A stretch of DNA of 64,000 nt from an uncultured Clostridiaceae bacterium. Its GTDB lineage: Bacteria > Bacillota > Clostridia > TANB77 > CAG-465. The notes beneath the pieces were generated by a model. It was not told where the DNA came from, made no database searches, and was given only the letters and a program-made list of their open reading frames with translations. Within the stretch, counting starts at the first letter, position 1. Each line of letters begins with the position of its first letter. Position numbers and translations under genes: made by a program. The DNA is taken from assembly GCA_947169155.1 (NCBI GenBank), contig CAMVON010000006.1, positions 987-64,986 of the forward strand, written 5' to 3'. Shown here in pieces: positions 18,590-28,409 of the stretch.

Positions 18590-18844
18590 TTATTTGTTTA
18601 GCATTTTAGCTAAGCTTGATTTTTTTCTAGATGCAGTATTTTTAGCTAATACACCTTTAGTCCAAGCTTTGTCTATTTTGCTAATAGCTTCATTATATAA
18701 TTCTTCTTTATTGCTTGCATTTTCTGCTACAGCTGCTTCAAAAGCTTTTATTGCTTCTTTGTATGCTTTTTTAGTAGCTCTGTTTTGAAGAGTTTTAGTT
18801 TCGATAGTTTTTACTCTTTTTTTAGCTGATTTAATATTTGGCAT
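18590..18844 (-). CDS. rpsT: 30S ribosomal protein S20
   Basis: MPNIKSAKKRVKTIETKTLQNRATKKAYKEAIK... matches S20. The start is at 18844 with RBS aaggaggtg. Confidence 0.93.
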   Translation of the reverse strand: MPNIKSAKKRVKTIETKTLQNRATKKAYKEAIKAFEAAVAENASNKEELYNEAISKIDKAWTKGVLAKNTASRKKSSLAKMLNK

Positions 18845-18943
18845 TAAATTGCACCTCCTTATGCGTACACTTAACGATTTACTTAAACATTGTAGCATAA
18901 AAGGAAATAAAAATCAAGATATTTCTTTAAAAATAATAAAAAA

Positions 18944-20227
18944 CTATTCTTCTGTTGACATATTTCTATATTCAGATGCTAAGTATAGAGAACCAGTGAT
19001 AAGTATTAGGTCTGGATTTTCTTTGCTTAGCATGTATTCTTTAGCCTCTTTTAATGTGTTAAAACTCTTAGCTTCTATGCCTAATTCTTTTGCAATATTT
19101 ACAAGATTTTCTGGCTCTTCAGGTGTTCTATATTTGTTTGATGTGTATTTAACAAATGCTATTTCTTGGAAATATGATCCAATTTCTTCTAAGAAACTTT
19201 TAGGGTCCTTATTACTTGAGAAACTTATTATTGCATAGTTTCTTTTTCCTTTGTATTCATATAAGAAATTTTTTAGTGATCTTGCCCCTGCAGCATTATG
19301 TGAGCCATCTAAAAATACTGTTGGGTTGTCTTGCATTTTTTCAAGTCTTGCTGGAAATTTTGCATCAAATATTCCGTTTGTAATTGCAGAAAATGGAATT
19401 TTATATCCCATATTTATTAATATGTTTGATGCAACAATTACCATTAGTGCATTATATATTTGGAATTGTCCAATTAAGTTTAGCTTATAATATGTACCTT
19501 TATAGCTAAAGTAATTTATGTTGTGGTTACTTTTTATTATATCTAAAAGTTTTATGCTAGGAATAAATAATTTGTTGTTATTTTTTGCACAAAATTTTCT
19601 TATTGTATTTAGTACTTCAGGCTGTTGTTGTGGATAAGTTACTGTGATTTTGTCTGGTTTAATTATTCCACATTTTTCTGTTGCTATTTGCTCTAATGTG
19701 TCTCCTAGTATATGTGTGTGATCATAATCTATAACTGTTATAATTGATATTACTGTTGTTTTAATAACATTTGTAGGGTCAAGTCTTCCACCTAGTCCTA
19801 CTTCTAAACATACAATATCACAATTATTATCTTTAAAGTACATGAATGCTATAGCAGTAATTAATTCAAATCCTATTGGAGCGTCTCCTTCTTTGGTCAT
19901 TTCATCTACAATTGGTTTGATTTTTTCAATGTACTTTGTTAATTCCTCGTTTGTTATATATTCATTATTTATTTGTATTCTTTCATTAAATGAAACTATA
20001 TACGGAGAAATAAATTTTCCTACTTTATATCCACTGTTTTTTAAGACTTCAGCCATCATTGTAGTTGTAGAACCTTTTCCGTTAGTTCCTGTAATATGGA
20101 TAAATTTTAAATCATCTTGTGGATTACCTAATTTATCCATTAGCTTTTCCATTCTGCTGATGTCCTTATCTTGTTTAATTGCTTTTCTGTCTTCATATAT
20201 GTAAGACATTATTTCCTCGTTTGTCAT
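18944..20227 (-). CDS. folC: Folylpolyglutamate synthase / dihydrofolate synthase
   Basis: HITGTNGKGSTTTMMAEVL (P-loop) ... CLEVGLGGRLDPTNV (Mur-ligase/FolC motifs). Confidence 0.9.
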   Translation of the reverse strand: MTNEEIMSYIYEDRKAIKQDKDISRMEKLMDKLGNPQDDLKFIHITGTNGKGSTTTMMAEVLKNSGYKVGKFISPYIVSFNERIQINNEYITNEELTKYIEKIKPIVDEMTKEGDAPIGFELITAIAFMYFKDNNCDIVCLEVGLGGRLDPTNVIKTTVISIITVIDYDHTHILGDTLEQIATEKCGIIKPDKITVTYPQQQPEVLNTIRKFCAKNNNKLFIPSIKLLDIIKSNHNINYFSYKGTYYKLNLIGQFQIYNALMVIVASNILINMGYKIPFSAITNGIFDAKFPARLEKMQDNPTVFLDGSHNAAGARSLKNFLYEYKGKRNYAIISFSSNKDPKSFLEEIGSYFQEIAFVKYTSNKYRTPEEPENLVNIAKELGIEAKSFNTLKEAKEYMLSKENPDLILITGSLYLASEYRNMSTEE

Positions 20228-20260
20228 ATTTAACCTCCAGTCTAACTAAGATGGTATAAA

Positions 20261-20830
20261 TTAAAAGTTAAGTATGTTCTTAATTTCCTCTTTTCCTTTT
20301 TCTGTATCAGTTGATACATTATATACTTTTATATTTGGATATTTATTTTTTATTTCTTCTGCCATCTTAAGATATTCGTTTTGTTGATTTATACTACTTT
20401 CAATATTGAATTTTGCGTATTTTGGAACGGCTTTTCCGCTACGCATTAATCTTTCTTCAAATATTGATGTATCTTTTACATATAATGTAATGTAGTAGAT
20501 ATCAAAATCTAATTTACTAAATCTATCTAATAGTTTATCATATACATCTGTAAAACTATATTCTTTAAAACCTAATCTACAGTATATTTCTTCTGTAAAG
20601 AATGTTCTATCAAATAAAAGATTTATGCTTTTGTTTTCTAGTTTTTCTAGATAATCTAATAAATCTATATACATGTCTTCAGCTTTTTTCTTTCCTTCAG
20701 GAGAACTATCTGAAGTTCCACATAGTCTATATAGATTTGTATATTTTAATCCGTGCCTTATTAAATCTGTTATTGTTGTTTTACCTGCACCTTGAGCACC
20801 TTCGACAACAATTAATTTTGAGTTTGCCAT
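20261..20830 (-). CDS. P-loop kinase of the thymidylate-kinase / deoxynucleoside-kinase fold (substrate unknown)
   Basis: VVEGAQGAGKTT Walker A (Tmk-like ExxGxGKTT), a DRT/ERS-like motif LLFDRTFFTEEIY and a LID-like segment ERLMRSGK. Size 189 aa. Confidence 0.6.
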   Translation of the reverse strand: MANSKLIVVEGAQGAGKTTITDLIRHGLKYTNLYRLCGTSDSSPEGKKKAEDMYIDLLDYLEKLENKSINLLFDRTFFTEEIYCRLGFKEYSFTDVYDKLLDRFSKLDFDIYYITLYVKDTSIFEERLMRSGKAVPKYAKFNIESSINQQNEYLKMAEEIKNKYPNIKVYNVSTDTEKGKEEIKNILNF

Positions 20831-20841
20831 AGAGATATCAC

Positions 20842-21498
20842 CTAGCCTTCTCTTGGAGTTGTTATTAACTCACTATATGGAAATTCTTCTTCAATAAATT
20901 TACAGAAGTCTCTAAATTCTCTTTGCTTGTGATTTTTTCTTGCTCTATATACATTTCTCATAGTTTCATAGTTTCCTGTCCATGTTGATCTAAAGTTGTA
21001 GTTTTGAGGAGAATCAAAAACTATATCTCTCCACATACGAGTTGCTTCTTCCATTTTACCATCAGCTTTTAGTTGTTGGTATTCTTTTATTCTTCTATTT
21101 AAATCTTCCATTACATATTTTCTAAATGGAGTTATTTGAATATTTCCATCTTCGTCATCAAAACTAAAATCTTCTTCTGTTAGAAGTCTAGTTCCAAGTT
21201 TATGCATTCTACTTGTACTGTTTCTTACTGTTGCTACTTTATATGTATCAAAGTCCCACCACCAAGACATAGGTGCTGTTATATCCATTGATACAAATAT
21301 TTGTCTTAAAAATTTAGAATGGTCTGATCCAGATTTTGTTAGTTTAAGTGCTAACTCTAGGTCTTTAGGACCAACTACATATTTTCCTGTTTCTTTATCA
21401 TAATAACTATCACTTTTGCTCCATGATTCTAAAGGATTCCTCATTCCTCTTAATGCTCCTTCAAAATTAAGGACTTCTAAATTTTCAATTTTTATCAT
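20842..21498 (-). CDS. ThyX-fold (flavin-dependent thymidylate synthase superfamily) protein lacking the canonical RHR motif
   Basis: Aligns by eye with T. maritima ThyX: ours DHSKFLRQIFVSMDITAPMSWWWDFDTYKVATVRNSTSRMHKL versus [42 protein letters not shown]. The downstream S..R is kept but RHR is replaced by DTY(K). The C-terminal block NFRSTWTGNYETMRNVYRARKNH resembles [23 protein letters not shown]. Confidence 0.6.
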   Translation of the reverse strand: MIKIENLEVLNFEGALRGMRNPLESWSKSDSYYDKETGKYVVGPKDLELALKLTKSGSDHSKFLRQIFVSMDITAPMSWWWDFDTYKVATVRNSTSRMHKLGTRLLTEEDFSFDDEDGNIQITPFRKYVMEDLNRRIKEYQQLKADGKMEEATRMWRDIVFDSPQNYNFRSTWTGNYETMRNVYRARKNHKQREFRDFCKFIEEEFPYSELITTPREG

Positions 21499-21713
21499 AT
21501 ATTATTACCTCCCCAAATATCAAAAATATGATACTACAAATTGATAAAATGTTCAATGGAATTTGTATAATGTAATATAAAATATAAGAGTGGTAATGTT
21601 GTTGTCACAATAGGTGTTTTAATTTATTCTTTATGTAAATTATGGTATAATATATATGTGAGCAATATTATATTTTGCTTTGAAAAAATTTTTTAAAAGG
21701 GAGGTCTCTAGAT

Positions 21714-22130
21714 ATGAATAGAGAAAATTTCAAAGAAGCTTTATGCGGTACGGTTGAGGCTTATGCAAGCGTAGTATTTGTAGGATGTGGATTAGGATTA
21801 CTTGCTTTATTTACTTCACCAATATGGTGTGGGATATTAACACTTTTAGGTGTGATAGGACCTGAAAATGGTATGGCTGCTCAAGCTAGTGCAGTTTTAT
21901 TTAATTTTATATGCTTAATGGTATTTGTGTGCCACTATACTGATAAATTAATTAAAAATAGAATTTTGAGTGTTGTTGCATATTTTGTTATTATGGCTGC
22001 ATTATTAGGATTATTAATGTTATATGTTAATGAAACATTAAAAATTTCTACACTTACCGCTGTTATTTTAGGCTTTGTTAATATTGGTATTGTAGCAATA
22101 CTTATCATTGATTGGTTGAAAAACCAATAA
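21714..22130 (+). CDS. Hypothetical integral membrane protein (4 predicted TM)
   Basis: A hydrophobic 138-aa ORF with RBS agggagg. Confidence 0.5.
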   Translation: MNRENFKEALCGTVEAYASVVFVGCGLGLLALFTSPIWCGILTLLGVIGPENGMAAQASAVLFNFICLMVFVCHYTDKLIKNRILSVVAYFVIMAALLGLLMLYVNETLKISTLTAVILGFVNIGIVAILIIDWLKNQ

Positions 22131-22134
22131 AAAA

Positions 22135-22160
22135 TCTGGTTAAATAACCAGAATTTTTTT
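22135..22160 (+). terminator. Rho-independent terminator (tctggtta-aa-taaccaga + T7)
   Basis: Stem at 22135-22152, then tttttttg. Confidence 0.8.
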
Positions 22161-22252
22161 GCTTTTATTACAGAAAAATGTCGATTTTTAAAGGTTACTT
22201 TTTATTCTCGAAAAAATAAGTAAATCTTTTTACATAAATTTTAGAAAAAAGC

Positions 22253-22281
22253 TTGATTTTTTATTAATAGTAATGTATAAT
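22253..22281 (+). promoter_or_regulatory. Sigma-A promoter TTGATT-17-TGtTATAAT (extended -10) of the S10 operon
   Basis: -35 at 22253-22258, TG at 22274-22275 and -10 at 22276-22281. Confidence 0.6.
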
Positions 22282-22505
22282 ATGGGTGTTGATTTGCGTT
22301 GAAGTAGAATGTGGCTACCCAGCGAGGTAGGGAACTTCTATGGAGCATGTCTGATTTTAAATCGGGCGGCAAGTATAGAATTAACATGTATTTGCCAAAT
22401 TACCACTTGTGTGGAATTTGGTTTTAATATATGTAAAATGTGAAACACACGGGGTGGTGTAAAACTTGTCAAACCGACAGATGTTAGAAAAGGAGTGTTT
22501 TACAT
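22282..22505 (+). promoter_or_regulatory. About 220-nt structured 5' leader of the S10 operon (candidate L4-mediated autoregulatory leader)
   Basis: A long untranslated region between the promoter and rpsJ, with several GC-rich hairpin segments such as ggctacccagcgaggtagggaac and cacacggggtggtg. Confidence 0.4.
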
Positions 22506-22823
22506 ATGTCAAAAGAACAAACTAAAAAAATGAGAATAAGACTTAAAGCTTATGATCACGTTGTGCTTGAACAAGCAGCAACAAAAATTGTTGAAGTAGC
22601 TAGAAAAACTGGTTCTGAAGTATCAGGTCCAATTCCACTACCAACAGAAAAAGAAATCATTACAATATTACGTTCTCCACACAAACACAAAGATTCAAGA
22701 GAACAATTTGAAATGAGAACTCATAAAAGAGTTATTGATGTATTATCACCAAACCAAGCTACAGTTGATGCTCTAATGTCAATTGATATGCCAGCTGGTG
22801 TTGACATCGAAGTAAAATTATAA
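22506..22823 (+). CDS. rpsJ: 30S ribosomal protein S10
   Basis: [23 protein letters not shown]... Confidence 0.97.
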   Translation: MSKEQTKKMRIRLKAYDHVVLEQAATKIVEVARKTGSEVSGPIPLPTEKEIITILRSPHKHKDSREQFEMRTHKRVIDVLSPNQATVDALMSIDMPAGVDIEVKL

Positions 22824-22927
22824 TCTTCGAAAGTTTTGATAGGTCATCCTAATATTAGGCAATGACATACCCTGATATCATAAACTTGGTTGAAGACAAA
22901 AAGTAAATTTAAAGGGAGGAAACAAAA

Positions 22928-23554
22928 ATGGTAAACGAAATTTACGGAACAAAAATTGGTATGACTCAAATTTTTGATGAAAATGGAGTTGCTATACCAG
23001 TAACAGCAATCGAAGCTAAACCATTAACAGTAGTTGCTAAAAAAACTGCAGACAAAGATGGATACAATGCAATCGTTGTAAGCTTTGGTGATGTTAAAGA
23101 AAAAAATGTAAATAAACCAAGAAAAGGATTATTTGCAAAAGCTGGTGTTGAAGTACAAAGACACCTAAGAGAAATCAAAGTTGAAAATGTTGATGAATAC
23201 GAAATTGGAAGCAAAATTACAGTTGAAGCTTTAAACGATATTAAAGCTGTTGACGTACAAGCTACATCAAAAGGTAAAGGATTCCAAGGTGTTATCAAAA
23301 GACATGGACAACACAGAGGACCTATGGGACATGGTTCTATGTATCACAGAAGACCAGGTTCAATGGGATCAACAACTACTCCAGGTAGAGTATTCAAAGG
23401 TAAAAAATTACCAGGACACATGGGAAGCAAAACTTCTACAGTATTAAACCTAGAAGTTGTTAAAGTAGATACTGACAAAAATGTTGTTTTAGTTAAAGGA
23501 TCTGTTCCAGGAGCTAAAAAAGCAATTGTTAGAGTAAGAAAAAGTGTTAAGTAG
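22928..23554 (+). CDS. rplC: 50S ribosomal protein L3
   Basis: IYGTKIGMTQIFDENG... Confidence 0.97.
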   Translation: MVNEIYGTKIGMTQIFDENGVAIPVTAIEAKPLTVVAKKTADKDGYNAIVVSFGDVKEKNVNKPRKGLFAKAGVEVQRHLREIKVENVDEYEIGSKITVEALNDIKAVDVQATSKGKGFQGVIKRHGQHRGPMGHGSMYHRRPGSMGSTTTPGRVFKGKKLPGHMGSKTSTVLNLEVVKVDTDKNVVLVKGSVPGAKKAIVRVRKSVK

Positions 23555-23574
23555 TAAGGAAGGAGGAGAAATAA

Positions 23575-24195
23575 ATGCTAAAAGTTGACGTTTTAAATAT
23601 GAAAGGTAAAAAAGTAGAAGACTTAGAGTTAAACGAAAACGTATTTGGTGTTGAGGTAAATGAAGTTGCTGTTCATGCTGCACTTGTAAACTTCCAAGCT
23701 AACCAAAGACAAGGAACTCAATCTACTAAAACAAGATCAGAAGTTTCTGGTGGTGGAAGAAAACCATGGAAACAAAAAGGAACTGGTAGAGCAAGACAAG
23801 GATCTATAAGAGCTCCACAATGGATCAAAGGTGGTATCGCATTAGGACCAAAACCAAGATCGTATAGTTATTCAATTCCTAAAAAAGTAAAACAATTAGC
23901 TTTCAGATCTGTACTTACTTCTAAAGTACAAGACGGAAAATTAGTTGTAGTAGATAAATTAGAACTTAAAGAAATCAAAACTAAAGAAATGGTTAACGTT
24001 TTAGGAAACTTAAAAGTTAACAACGCTTTAGTTATGTTAGATGAAAAGAACCTAAATGTTCAAGCTTCAGCTAGAAACATTGAAGGTGTTAAAACTACAT
24101 TAGTAAATACTATGAACATATATGATTTATTAAAATATGATTCTCTAGTATTAACTAAAGATGCAGTTAAGAAATTAGAGGAGGTGTACGCATAA
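23575..24195 (+). CDS. rplD: 50S ribosomal protein L4
   Basis: SGGGRKPWKQKGTGRARQGS... Confidence 0.97.
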   Translation: MLKVDVLNMKGKKVEDLELNENVFGVEVNEVAVHAALVNFQANQRQGTQSTKTRSEVSGGGRKPWKQKGTGRARQGSIRAPQWIKGGIALGPKPRSYSYSIPKKVKQLAFRSVLTSKVQDGKLVVVDKLELKEIKTKEMVNVLGNLKVNNALVMLDEKNLNVQASARNIEGVKTTLVNTMNIYDLLKYDSLVLTKDAVKKLEEVYA

Positions 24196-24557
24196 TGAGA
24201 CACGCAGAAGACGTTATAATCAAACCTATAATGACTGAAAAAAGTTATAGTGAAATTGCTAACGGAAAATATACTTTTGAAGTTGCTATAAACTCTACAA
24301 AAGTTGAAATCAAAAACGCAGTTGAAGAACTATTCGGTGTTAAAGTTTTAAAAGTAAACACTTTAAGATACGATGGAAAAGCTAAAAGAATGGGAGTACA
24401 CCAAGGTACAACTAAAGCTTGGAAAAAAGCTATAGTAAATATTGATACTAACCCAGCAGAAGTTAAATACACTGCAAAAGGTGGAAAAGACACTAAAGTT
24501 AATAAAAAATACAAAACTGAAATTGAAGAAATTAGTTCAGCATTTGGAAATAACTAG
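24195..24557 (+). CDS. rplW: 50S ribosomal protein L23 (with about 24-aa C-terminal extension)
   Basis: IIKPIMTEKSY...KYTFEV matches L23; the ORF is 120 aa against the usual ~95-98 aa. Confidence 0.9.
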   Translation: MRHAEDVIIKPIMTEKSYSEIANGKYTFEVAINSTKVEIKNAVEELFGVKVLKVNTLRYDGKAKRMGVHQGTTKAWKKAIVNIDTNPAEVKYTAKGGKDTKVNKKYKTEIEEISSAFGNN

Positions 24558-24570
24558 GAGGGAATAAAAA

Positions 24571-25398
24571 ATGGGAATAAAAACATTTAAACCTGTTACT
24601 CCATCATTAAGAAATACAACTACATTAACTAACGATGAGATTACTAAAAATGCACCAGAAAAAAGTTTATTAACTGCTCTTAAAAAGAATGCAGGAAGAA
24701 ACAATACTGGTAAAATTACAGTAAGACATCACGGTGGCGGAAACAGAAGAAAATATAGAGTAATCGATTTTAAAAGAAATAAAGTAGATATGGAAGCAAC
24801 AGTTATAGGAATCGAATATGATCCAAATAGAACTGCTAATATCGCTTTAATCGAATACGAAGATGGTGAAAGAGCATACATCATTGCTCCACTAGGACTT
24901 ACAGATGGTGATAAAGTTATATCTGCTCAAAAAGCTGATATCAAACCAGGTAACTGTATGCCAATCGATAGTATCCCAGTTGGTACTATGATATACAATA
25001 TTGAATTAAATAAAGGTAAAGGTGCACAACTAGTAAGAAGTGCTGGTATGTCAGCTCAACTTATGGCTAAAGAAGGAAAATATGCACATGTTAGAATGCC
25101 TTCAGGTGAAATGAGACTTATAAGCGTTGAATGTAGAGCTTGTATCGGTCAAGTTGGTAACCTAGAAAAAGAAAATGTTAAATTAGGTAAAGCCGGAAGA
25201 ACTAGACATATGGGTGTTAGACCTACAGTTAGAGGTTCTGTTATGAACCCAGTAGATCACCCACATGGTGGTGGTGAAGGTAGAGCTCCAGTTGGACATA
25301 CTGGACCAAGAACTCCTTGGGGTAAACCAGCTCACGGATATAAAACAAGAAAAACTAACAATAGAACAGATAAATATATTGTTAAGAGAAGAAAATAA
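24571..25398 (+). CDS. rplB: 50S ribosomal protein L2
   Basis: [12 protein letters not shown]...[13 protein letters not shown]. Confidence 0.97.
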   Translation: MGIKTFKPVTPSLRNTTTLTNDEITKNAPEKSLLTALKKNAGRNNTGKITVRHHGGGNRRKYRVIDFKRNKVDMEATVIGIEYDPNRTANIALIEYEDGERAYIIAPLGLTDGDKVISAQKADIKPGNCMPIDSIPVGTMIYNIELNKGKGAQLVRSAGMSAQLMAKEGKYAHVRMPSGEMRLISVECRACIGQVGNLEKENVKLGKAGRTRHMGVRPTVRGSVMNPVDHPHGGGEGRAPVGHTGPRTPWGKPAHGYKTRKTNNRTDKYIVKRRK

Positions 25399-25416
25399 TT
25401 TTTGGAGGTATAGAAG

Positions 25417-25695
25417 ATGTCAAGATCACTTAAAAAAGGACCTTATGTTGATGCTAGATTACTAGCTAAGGTTGAAAAATTAAATGAAGAAGATAAAAAA
25501 GAAGCAATTAAGACTTGGTCAAGATCCTCTACTATTTATCCTCAAATGATAGGTCACACTATTGCAGTTCACGATGGAAGAAAACACGTTCCAGTATATG
25601 TAACTGAAGAAATGGTAGGACACAAGTTAGGAGAATTCGCTCCTACAAGATTATTCAGAGGACATGCAGGAGACAAAAAGTCTAAAGTTAAATAA
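25417..25695 (+). CDS. rpsS: 30S ribosomal protein S19
   Basis: [12 protein letters not shown]...[12 protein letters not shown]. Confidence 0.97.
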   Translation: MSRSLKKGPYVDARLLAKVEKLNEEDKKEAIKTWSRSSTIYPQMIGHTIAVHDGRKHVPVYVTEEMVGHKLGEFAPTRLFRGHAGDKKSKVK

Positions 25696-25723
25696 GAAAC
25701 TTAAATGAAGGAGGAGCCTTAAA

Positions 25724-26065
25724 ATGGAAGAAAAACAAGCAAGAGCTGAGTTACGCCATGCAAGAATAAGTGCTAGAAAAGTTAAAATAGTAATCGATAC
25801 TATTAGAGGAAAAAATGCTAAAGAAGCAGTAGCAATCTTAAAATATACTAATAAAGCAGCTGCACCTGTAGTTGAAAAATTAGTTAAATCTGCAATGGCA
25901 AACGCAGTAAACAATCATCAAATGGATGAAACTAAATTATATATTTCTGAAATATATGCTAACCAAGGAACAACAATGAAGAGAATACAACCAAGAGCAC
26001 AAGGTAGAGCAAATAGAATAAGAAAAAGAACTAGTCACATTACTGTTGTGTTAAAAGAAGCATAG
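25724..26065 (+). CDS. rplV: 50S ribosomal protein L22
   Basis: [18 protein letters not shown]... Confidence 0.95.
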   Translation: MEEKQARAELRHARISARKVKIVIDTIRGKNAKEAVAILKYTNKAAAPVVEKLVKSAMANAVNNHQMDETKLYISEIYANQGTTMKRIQPRAQGRANRIRKRTSHITVVLKEA

Positions 26066-26081
26066 AGGAGGTAAGTTTAAA

Positions 26082-26744
26082 ATGGGACAAAAAGTTAGTC
26101 CACACGGACTTAGAGTTGGAATTATAAAAAACTGGTCTTCAACATGGTATGCTAATAAACAAGATTATTCTAATAACCTAGTAGAAGATTACAACATTCG
26201 TACATATCTTAAAAACTTATTAAAACCTGCTGGAATCTATAAAATAGAAATCTCTAGAAAAGGTGACAGAGTTTTAGTAGATATACATGCAGCTAAACCT
26301 GGAATGATCATCGGAAAAGGTGGAGCAGCAATCGAAGAAATTAAAAATAAATTAAGCAAAAAAATCGGTAAAGAAATATCTTTAAATATTGTTGAAGTTA
26401 AAGGTAAAGACGTTAACCTTGCAGCTCAACTAGTTGCTGAAAACATTGCTCTACAACTTGAAAAGAGAATATCTTTCAGAAGAGCTATGAAACAAGCTAT
26501 GAAAACAACTATGGAAGCTGGAGCACTAGGAATTAAAACTGCTGTATCTGGAAGATTAGGTGGAGCAGAAATTGCTAGAACTGAAACATATCACGAAGGT
26601 ACAATTCCTCTTCAAACTTTAAGAGCAGATATTGATTATGGTTTTGCTGAAGCTAAAACTACATATGGTATTATCGGTGTTAAAGTTTGGATATATAAAG
26701 GAGAAGTACTTCCTACAAGAAAAACTGAAGAAGGAGGTAACTAA
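26082..26744 (+). CDS. rpsC: 30S ribosomal protein S3
   Basis: [18 protein letters not shown]... with KH domain. Confidence 0.97.
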   Translation: MGQKVSPHGLRVGIIKNWSSTWYANKQDYSNNLVEDYNIRTYLKNLLKPAGIYKIEISRKGDRVLVDIHAAKPGMIIGKGGAAIEEIKNKLSKKIGKEISLNIVEVKGKDVNLAAQLVAENIALQLEKRISFRRAMKQAMKTTMEAGALGIKTAVSGRLGGAEIARTETYHEGTIPLQTLRADIDYGFAEAKTTYGIIGVKVWIYKGEVLPTRKTEEGGN

Positions 26745-26746
26745 TA

Positions 26747-27175
26747 ATGCTTACACCAAAAAGAACTAAATATAGAAAAGTACAAAAAGGTATCTTAAAA
26801 GGAAAAGCACAAAGAGGAACTCAAGTAACAGATGGAGAATACGGAATTCAAGCTTTAGAACCAGCATGGATCACAGCTAACCAAATCGAATCTGTCAGAG
26901 TTACTATCTCAAGATATACTAAAAAAGTTGGTAAATCTTGGATTAAAATATTCCCAGATAAACCTATTACTAAACACCCAGCAGAATCTCGTATGGGTTC
27001 AGGAAAAGGTAATCCAGAATATTTCGTAGCTGTAGTTAGACCAGGAAGAATTTTATTTGAAATTGCAGGTCTAGATGAAGCTACTTCTAAGGAAGTTTTA
27101 AATAAAGCTATTCACAAACTTCCAATTAGATGTAAAATAGTTAAAAGAGAAGATCAAGAAGGAGGAGTACAATAA
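26747..27175 (+). CDS. rplP: 50S ribosomal protein L16
   Basis: [15 protein letters not shown]... Confidence 0.97.
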   Translation: MLTPKRTKYRKVQKGILKGKAQRGTQVTDGEYGIQALEPAWITANQIESVRVTISRYTKKVGKSWIKIFPDKPITKHPAESRMGSGKGNPEYFVAVVRPGRILFEIAGLDEATSKEVLNKAIHKLPIRCKIVKREDQEGGVQ

Positions 27176-27375
27176 TGAAATCTAGTAAAATCAATGAATA
27201 TAAAAATATGTCAGTTGAACAACTACAAAAAGAGTTAAAAGAACTTAAAAATGAACTTTTTAAATTAAGATTTCAAAACTCTCTAAACGGCCTTGATAAC
27301 CCTAAAAAAATTACTCTAGTTAAAAAAGAAATTGCAAGAGTAAATACATTAATAACTGAGAAGGAAAATGATTAG
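27175..27375 (+). CDS. rpmC: 50S ribosomal protein L29
   Basis: A 66-aa protein, ...[14 protein letters not shown]; positioned between L16 and S17. Confidence 0.9.
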   Translation: MKSSKINEYKNMSVEQLQKELKELKNELFKLRFQNSLNGLDNPKKITLVKKEIARVNTLITEKEND

Positions 27376-27389
27376 TGGTAAAGGAGGAA

Positions 27390-27650
27390 ATGAACGTGGA
27401 AAGAAATTTAAGAAAAACTAAACAAGGTAAAGTTGTAAGTAATAAAATGGATAAAACAATCGTTGTTGCAATCGACGATAAAGTTAAAGATCCACTTTAT
27501 AACAAAATCAAAAACCATACTTTAAGAATTAAAGCTCATGATGAAAACAATGAATGTTCAATCGGAGATATCGTTGAAGTAATGGAAACTAGACCACTAA
27601 GTAAAGATAAAAGATATAGACTTGTAAGAATTGTGGAAAAAGTTAAATAG
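27390..27650 (+). CDS. rpsQ: 30S ribosomal protein S17
   Basis: [23 protein letters not shown]...; the start is ATG at 27390 or GTG at 27396, after RBS aaggagg. Confidence 0.93.
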   Translation: MNVERNLRKTKQGKVVSNKMDKTIVVAIDDKVKDPLYNKIKNHTLRIKAHDENNECSIGDIVEVMETRPLSKDKRYRLVRIVEKVK

Positions 27651-27680
27651 TAAAATTAATTTTGAGAGGAGGACTAATCC

Positions 27681-28049
27681 ATGATACAACAACAAACATT
27701 ATTAAAAGTTGCAGATAACACTGGAGCTAAAGAATTAATGTGTATTAGAGTTCTTGGTGGTTCTTACAGAAAATGGGGTAACATCGGAGACGTTATCGTT
27801 GCATCTGTTAAGAAAGCAGCACCTAACTCTGCAGTTAAAAAAGGCGATGTTGTTAAAGCTGTAATTGTTAGAAGTAAAAGAGGTCTTAGACGTGAAGACG
27901 GTTCATATATTAGATTTGATGAAAACGCAGCTGTTTTAATCAAAGACGATAAAACACCAAGAGGAACACGTATTTTTGGACCAGTAGCAAGAGAACTAAG
28001 AGATCAAGAATACATGAAAATCTTATCTCTAGCACCTGAAGTTCTTTAA
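27681..28049 (+). CDS. rplN: 50S ribosomal protein L14
   Basis: [18 protein letters not shown]... Confidence 0.97.
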   Translation: MIQQQTLLKVADNTGAKELMCIRVLGGSYRKWGNIGDVIVASVKKAAPNSAVKKGDVVKAVIVRSKRGLRREDGSYIRFDENAAVLIKDDKTPRGTRIFGPVARELRDQEYMKILSLAPEVL

Positions 28050-28069
28050 TATACGGAGGTGAAATTAAA

Positions 28070-28390
28070 GTGTTAACAAAAATGAAATTAAAAAAAGGTG
28101 ATACTGTAATCGTAAATACAGGCGCTGAAAAAGGTAAAAAAGGAACTATACTAGACATTGATAGAAAAACTGGTAAAGTAACCGTTAAAGATATAAATGT
28201 TAGAACAAAACATGTTAAAGCTAGAAAGCAAGGTCAAGAATCTGGAATCATTAAAGTTGAAGGACCAATCTATGCATCAAAAGTAAGCTATTTCTGCGAA
28301 AAATGTGGAAAAGGTGTAAGACTTGGTGTTAAAGTAAACGAAGATGGTACTAAATCAAGATATTGCAAAAGCTGTAATGAAATGAAGTAA
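28070..28390 (+). CDS. rplX: 50S ribosomal protein L24 (KOW) with C-terminal four-Cys zinc-ribbon-like tail
   Basis: KLKKGDTVIVNTGAEKGKKGTIL is the KOW motif. The C-terminus FCEKCGKGVRLGVKVNEDGTKSRYCKSCNE has CxxC...CxxC. The start is GTG at 28070 (9 nt after ggaggtg) or ATG at 28082. Confidence 0.9.
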   Translation: MLTKMKLKKGDTVIVNTGAEKGKKGTILDIDRKTGKVTVKDINVRTKHVKARKQGQESGIIKVEGPIYASKVSYFCEKCGKGVRLGVKVNEDGTKSRYCKSCNEMK

Positions 28391-28409
28391 TAAGGAGGGA
28401 AAAAGTTAA

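Noticed and set aside
18594-20204. Plus-strand ORFs antisense to rpsT and folC (18594-18788, 18849-19238, 19251-19490, 19842-20204)
   Set aside because: They are antisense to clearly identified conserved genes (S20, FolC), lack an RBS and translate as hydrophobic low-complexity products.
21499-21713. Possible THF riboswitch in the 5' leader of the ThyX-like/kinase/folC operon
   Set aside because: Reading the reverse complement, I could not find the conserved THF-riboswitch core segments. The leader appears short and promoter-like only. Would need a covariance-model (Rfam RF01831) scan to exclude.
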